A stretch of DNA of 64,000 bases from Eutreptiella sp. 'Long Island Sound 2002' (taxonomy: Eukaryota > Protista > Euglenida). Below, piece by piece: positions 59,201 through 64,000 of this stretch. Both the position numbers and the translations under genes were made by a program. Every line of letters begins with the position of its first letter. The first letter of the stretch is position 1. The notes beneath the pieces were generated by a model that was given only the letters and a program-made list of their open reading frames with translations, ran no database searches and was not told where the DNA came from. Where the stretch lies: the NCBI GenBank assembly GCA_964036045.1, contig OZ038378.1:163122001-163186000 (forward strand). The letters run 5' to 3'.

Positions 59201-62200
59201 TTATGGCTGCTCGTCTTATAAACTTAGACAGAGTTGCCCTTGGAGTGTTCAGAAACAGTGTGGAACATGCTTTCTGTGCCACATTATGCGCCTCTTGCCT
59301 TTTCTTCCCAGTCCATCTATCTTGGAAGCGAAAATAGAGGGTCGTGTTTATAACGTCATATACTATACCGGGGTGCTAAAGAATGTACTTATGGGACACT
59401 GGGGCATGGTGTCTACAACAGGGGGAAGAAATGATACGAGTGGAGCGACCAAAGAACCCTACCATAGGTGTGCCGAAGGCGCTGGAGGAAAAAATTGGCC
59501 CAAACGAGAAAAGGTTCCCAGAACCCTGATTATCAGGTGAATTAGGGGGTCAAGGGGAGGGAGGCAGGGGTCCAGGGGGGAGGGGTCCCCCCCCTGCCGG
59601 AATGAAAAATAAAGCAACACCCTGGGGGGGGGTCAGGTCTCATCACTGGGTGTTGCCCTCACTGGTGGAGGTGGTATAATGGGGGGGGGGGGGTCTGTCG
59701 ACAGGCGGGCAAGCGGCTGCCCATGCCAGCCATGCCCCTCGTGGCCCGCCCTGCAACAGCGGCTGATGCCCTAACCCAGCTACCGGCAGCGGCTGCAGGA
59801 GGTACTGTGCTCTAAGCACCCCCACCATCCCTTGCCCTGTCTGGCCTCAGCCTCCCCACTAATGAGCCCCCAATGCATCATCTCGTGTCCGGGCTTCCGG
59901 TGACGCTCTCCCTTTCTCGACTGCATGTGAAGCCTGACCCACAGCACTGTGCTTTTCCTGAACCTCTCCGATGGACATAAACGACCTCCATCAACTAAGC
60001 AGGCCCCACAAAAGATAACCGGAGCACTAGACTGTACCTGACCGCGGGTGCCACTGTGCTGGTGGTTTTTTGTCATCTCAACCCAGGTCAGGAAGCTTGG
60101 AAAGCCTAATGCACCAACAACAGCCGCATGTGTTGCCTTGACCCGGTATCGTAACCTTAATCTTAATGATAATCATCACCGCTGGGCCGGAGCAGGGTAT
60201 GGCTTGAAGGGCACTCTTGGCCCCAGATACCAAGGCACATCACTGAAACCAATGATTCCAATGTTCGGTGCAGATGAATCACAAAGTTTGGCGTTTCATG
60301 TGGTATAAATTGAGTGAGTGATTACAATTAATCGACTGGAATTGTAATCATTAAGTTGAAACCTTTTTACAGCACAAAAAAAATAATCTGCGGTATGATT
60401 TTTTTTCATGTGCGACATACATCTCTGAACAGGGTCTGAACGTGGAGAGAAGCGTCAATTATTTACAGGGCCTAAAAAATTTACCAACTCAGGGCACAAA
60501 ATCGGATCAAATCGGAGAAAAGGGGCCCCAATTTGGGGGGTTGCATTTAGCCTTCATGCCCCCCTACATTGTTGTTCCTGCCCTTCCAGGTTTCCCCCCT
60601 GGAAAGGGGGTTCCTGCCAGGGGGCAAAATTTCGCTGTTTCAGATCCAGGCAGGGTGTTTGTGCACAGGAGTGGGGGTCATTTCATGCCGTAAAAATGGG
60701 GAGTGTATCATATTCCTTTGTATGCCAGTACCACACTTGTACACCTGTTGTCGCGTGACAATGCGGAATTTTGTCTTCGACACCCAGAAACTGAACCTGG
60801 TTGTGCAGATGACTGTTGGACGAATATCCCTGCCCAGTCAGGGGATATGTCTTAAGAGGACAGAAATCCCCCCCCCATTTGGGAGCAGGCCTCATGAATC
60901 TCGTGAGTACGGGGACGCCAGTGGCTGGAGGAGGTCAGGATCAAGCAGCATGCGTTGACAGCGGCCGACAAGACCCCTGTCCTATCAGCCTCTCACTGTG
61001 AGCCCATGTCCAGACAACCTTCCGATGATTGTGACTGTGGAGGACCTGGTATGGAATGCCCAGCTGAGTCCAACAGAAGGTGGCCGAAACCTGCTTTGTG
61101 GGTCCCCGGGCGTGCAACAAGGGGATGCATGTGCATAGTGACAGACAGGCACATGGTCGCACATACGAGACACGGCGTTCACGGAAATCTTGGAATACTG
61201 CAGCAACTTGCACAGGATCCTGTAGTAGCCGTGCTCCGCTGCAACGTGCAACGCAGTTCGCCCATCCTCTGCAGAAAGAACGGACTGCGTCAGGCGTGAT
61301 TTGCTCTGGATCCAGCATCTCATCAGACCAGGAATAGAGCCCACATCTGTCTTGTGTACACCTTCTTTAAATCGAGGAATCAACCTGCGGCCCTAGCTTA
61401 CATCCGACCCCATGGGGCTGGAAGACGCGTCTGGTTCACCACACAAAACCCAGTTGGCTGTGGCGGATGCTGCCTACTGTCAGCTGAAACATCGTTTTCC
61501 AAACTTGGTCGAGCAAGGAAATTCGCTGTGCACTGAGGGCCGCAATTTTGATGTTCAGACCAAAATGGCCTCATGAAGCATGCAAACTGAATCAGTCTTC
61601 GACGTACCAATGTATGATACATTAATTGATAATGCAAAACACCATAATGGCCATGAACAGTGGGGCGTTTCCCATCCATAAAAATGGGACGATAGTAAAC
61701 ATTTGCGGCTCAAAACTGAGAAATTCAAAATTTTAGTGATTTGAGGATTTTTCAGCCGACCCCCATCTGGCCCTCATGAGCAGTGGGCCCAACATTCCAC
61801 CCAGACCCACCTGACTGCAGCCATCCTTGGGTGAAATAATAAACCCCACAAGCAGGTCTCAGAAAAAACATGACATTGTTTTGCAGTGAACAACCAGCCT
61901 CTGTGGACCCTGCCCCTGTCCCGGACCCCCAAACTGGCCCAAACAGTGCACCATGTGTGCTTAATTCCGCTCTGCTGCAAAGCAACTGCGAGCTGCAACT
62001 GCTGGCCAACAAAATTACGAATAACTCAGCGAGCGCTCCATAAGCTTCTTCGAGGAAATGAAGAGAAAATCGCCCAAGACAAATTGTCTGCTTGCACTGC
62101 TGTGCAGCACCTGGATCCGTGACCCGGCTCTTAGAGTTCAGTGGCACCACAATAACCCCGGACTTGAGGTACAGTATTCTTTAGTCAAGTTTGGCGGCAG

Positions 62201-62509
62201 AGCTGAATTCGCCCTGAGAGGTTCCCTGAGCATCTGGGAGGGGAGGTCACCGTGCGGGGGGGCGGCAGCAGACTCCACTGCAAAGCATAGGGTTTCCAAA
62301 AACGGAGTTACGGCTCCAACGCCACTACTCCAAAATCTTTGCCCCCGCAAACACAACACATTCGCACTCCTGACCTCACCTGAGTCATGTGGTAGAGCCC
62401 CTTCAGTCCAACATACTGTCGGTAGCATTGACGAACTTGGGGTCCTTGTTTGTTTGGATGAATCGATCAACAGCACCGGCATCACCATCTTCGACACATT
62501 CCATCAGAG
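44038..62509 (-). CDS. Ankyrin-repeat protein gene, 5'-partial, 13 exons (7 full plus 1 partial ankyrin repeat, then a non-ankyrin C-terminus)
   Basis: Exons 62509-62417, 61268-61167, 58102-58004, 54585-54484, 51291-51184, 50323-50218, 47930-47797, 47361-47257, 46554-46505, 46195-46141, 45392-45205, 44650-44515 and 44213-44038. All 12 introns are GT..AG and the phases chain without stops. Confidence 0.88.
44515..44650 (-). CDS. Ankyrin gene exon 12 (LHSLTPQVHLCNERAHDVMDLIGDQCGVHDSADYQLPSLVSHSLG)
   Basis: tctcacag / gtatgc, 136 nt, phase 0/1. Confidence 0.75.
45205..45392 (-). CDS. Ankyrin gene exon 11 (EAESKLDTFP...LPRTIPSEDFWE)
   Basis: cttggcag / gtatgt, 188 nt, phase 1/0. Confidence 0.75.
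46141..46195 (-). CDS. Ankyrin gene putative exon 10 (DSEPSARTCQTQVNTYPD)
   Basis: catagcag / gtattc, phase 0/1; bridges exon 9 to exon 11. Confidence 0.45.
46505..46554 (-). CDS. Ankyrin gene putative exon 9 (DPVDHRGSLLPAKSLPQ)
   Basis: ggccccag / gtgtgc, phase 1/0. The split codon gives the Asp expected after 'DINGLQ'. Short, so less certain. Confidence 0.5.
47257..47361 (-). CDS. Ankyrin gene exon 8 (WGATTPLHVAASVGLVSIVEKLLTCDNVDINGLQ)
   Basis: atgtacag / gtactg, 105 nt, phase 1/1. Confidence 0.93.
47797..47930 (-). CDS. Ankyrin gene exon 7 (YQGQNCYYKRSGTGTPLHVACEYGNEAVARTLLRCPQINPSLPT)
   Basis: atctgcag / gtatgc, 134 nt, phase 2/1; the phase matches exon 6. Confidence 0.9.
50218..50323 (-). 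CDS. Ankyrin gene exon 6 (MGCTPLHDACRGGHRAVVNYLLKLPGIDVNAMTY)
   Basis: tcctacag / gtctgc, 106 nt, phase 1/2. Confidence 0.92.
51184..51291 (-). CDS. Ankyrin gene exon 5 (GLMTCLHLAAERGDLDMVEVLCTFRKHHIDINAQD)
   Basis: gtgtgcag / gtgtgc, 108 nt, phase 1/1. Confidence 0.93.
52543..52690. repeat. ~73-bp diverged tandem duplication in an ankyrin-gene intron
   Basis: ggacaaaatcagaa..agct.cata.ccc.tgccttggaaaag.agattcatgatga.gcat.gaaaaaa x2. Confidence 0.8.
54484..54585 (-). CDS. Ankyrin gene exon 4 (DGREALHAAAGAAHTLITKMLLQHPNTDVNTRT)
   Basis: ctgtgcag / gtatgc, 102 nt, phase 1/1. Confidence 0.93.
55791..55946 (-). mobile_element. 156-nt SL-headed short retroposon inserted in a (TG)n tract (intron 3 of the ankyrin gene)
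   Basis: Starts CTTTTCTGAGTGTCTATTTTTTTCG (55946-55922). Hairpin at 55811-55852. Flanked by (CA)n at 55773-55790 and 55947-55956. Confidence 0.7.
58004..58102 (-). CDS. Ankyrin gene exon 3 (TGNTTLHIAAALGHRKMVKKLLAHRDINVTLL)
   Basis: ttgtgcag / gtatgc, 99 nt, phase 1/1. Confidence 0.93.
61167..61268 (-). CDS. Ankyrin gene exon 2 (DGRTALHVAAEHGYYRILCKLLQYSKISVNAVS)
   Basis: ttctgcag / gtatgt, 102 nt, phase 1/1. Confidence 0.93.
62417..62509 (-). CDS. Ankyrin gene exon 1 in window (partial repeat: LMECVEDGDAGAVDRFIQTNKDPKFVNATD)
   Basis: catttcag acceptor, gtatgt donor, 93 nt, phase 1/1. Confidence 0.85.
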
Positions 62510-62949
62510 CTGAAATGAAATCGAGGTGATTTACGCGGATTCAGATTCATGGGCGAGAACAGAAAAGTAGAGAAGATGGTTCAGGGGAAGAGGCAGGCAA
62601 GGAGGGGAGGAAGCGGTGCAAAGAATGAGCACTGGAGAGAGAGCACTGCCGCACATTCCTCGTCCCTTCCTCCCTCTGCCTAGGGGGGGTCCTTTAGGAA
62701 CAATAGTCCTTTTTTTTTTGTTAAGGACCCCCCCTAAGAATCCCCGGAAGGCCCTTTTTCCCAAGGTCCGATGCCGGCCAACCCTAATCAAGACTGAATA
62801 TTGGGACCGAGCTGGTGGGGGAGGGAACATCAGCTATGACTGTTGAGGGACATCAACAATGATTCACACATTGATGGCTCTTGACAAAGTGAAATCAGCT
62901 TGCAAGTGAACCCCATCACCACGAGGCCCACTTTCAAGGCTTTTTGAAC

Positions 62950-63990
62950 TTCTCAGGGGCCAAAATGCCCCAAAATGGGCTCAAAATGGGCTCATTTCAC
63001 CCGTTGGTGCACCCCAAATGGTCTAGAATGAGGTTTGGAAAAATGCATTTTTGACCCATTTTTGACCCATTTTTTGTCCCAAAACAGCCCATTTTCAAGG
63101 CATTTTGGGATTTTCGGAGGACCAAAATGGGCCACCACAAGCTCAAAACGGTCCAAAAACACTTGAGCTTGCAGCTTGCCGCAGCCTAGTGGGCCTAGGT
63201 ATTGGGGTCTAGGCGTTCGTTTGGGCAATTCTGAGGGGTGGAAACCACAAAACGTGGGGGGTTGCGGGTGGAGTAGGTGCCCTCGGAATCGCATTTTGAG
63301 CCATGTAGCCAAAGATATGGTCTATTCTTGGTTTGTGGCTGTCGGCATTTGGAGCTTTTGGGGACCTTTTTGGGCCGTTTCCGGGACATATCATGGAGTT
63401 AGAGGGCCGCAAAGGGCTTGTTGACACGGGGAAGTCAAGCCGCACATGAAGTGTACCCACCGTTTCCCTTTGTTTGGCCGCTTTGAATGTGTTCCAGGGC
63501 TTTTTTGGCCCAAAAATGGCTGTATTTGGCCCTAAACTGCATTTTTTGAAACCGAGGTCCGCCACTTGCGAATCCCGTTCCCGGCCGCCACCGTTGAGTT
63601 TCTTGCTCAAACTTTGTGTGATTGTACTTCACACCCATAGGTATCATCCACCAAAATTTCACCCGGATGTGAAGCACCACGACGGAGATATGATTTTTAC
63701 CCATTTCGCGCGTGCTGCCTGCCTGCTTGCTTGCTGCTGCTTTTTTTTGGCTCCTTTTGGCCCCCCCCCCCCCCCCCCAGGCGGCGCAGAGTTTTTCGAG
63801 GCGCCAAAGGCGCTCAAGAAAATTTTTTTTGGTCTGAAACAATTGGCGCCAAAGAAATTTTTTGATAGGCTGAAGGCCCAGAAGGCCCGATCTTTTTGGG
63901 GGGGGGACCCCCCCTCCAAGCCCCAACCCCCCAGTGGTGCCGAGTCGTCAAAAGGAGCCCTGCCCCCAGCGCAATCCCCCATTCATGCAC
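62950..63990. repeat. Interspersed repeat sequence (non-coding, AT-run-rich) upstream of the first ankyrin exon in the window
   Basis: Internally repetitive tttgacccatttt/aaaatggg motifs. The ggcgcc(g/a)aa-type motif is shared with ~30430 and ~53040, and caccaaaattt/gctgcttgc with ~53980. Confidence 0.55.
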
Positions 63991-64000
63991 TATTTCACAG

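Noticed and set aside
59095-59340. Additional ankyrin-gene exon (minus frame ...AIMAQPDCNSEEDEIGESSSGESNSD*)
   Set aside because: It ends in a stop with an acidic tail like a TE gene terminus, and exons 2 and 3 already join in phase.

Overview
Repeat-rich eukaryotic genomic DNA, very likely from a euglenid. This is inferred from two near-exact copies of the euglenid spliced-leader (SL) exon, whose consensus I recall as ACTTTCTGAGTGTCTATTTTTTTTCG, at 9357-9384 and 55922-55946 (both minus strand). The only convincing host gene is a 5'-partial, minus-strand ankyrin-repeat gene (44038-62509) with 13 reconstructable exons, all GT-AG, and roughly one ankyrin repeat per exon. The left end holds a gag-like/tyrosine-recombinase element running off the window (1-~915). 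Next is a near-full-length but inactivated L1/Tx1-type LINE (ORF1; APE-RT-Zn finger-RNase H; an extra 3' ORF; ~2030-9384) whose 5' end is an SL exon fused 14 nt upstream of the ORF1 ATG. A ~195-bp satellite with a 4-monomer higher-order repeat follows (9400-11040). The middle (11-44 kb) is decayed transposon debris and mini/microsatellites. The top lead is SL-headed retroposition: a full LINE, plus a 156-nt SL-headed, hairpin-bearing element inserted in a (TG)n tract inside an ankyrin-gene intron. No rRNA, intact tRNA or CRISPR array was found. All calls are by eye, with no database searches.
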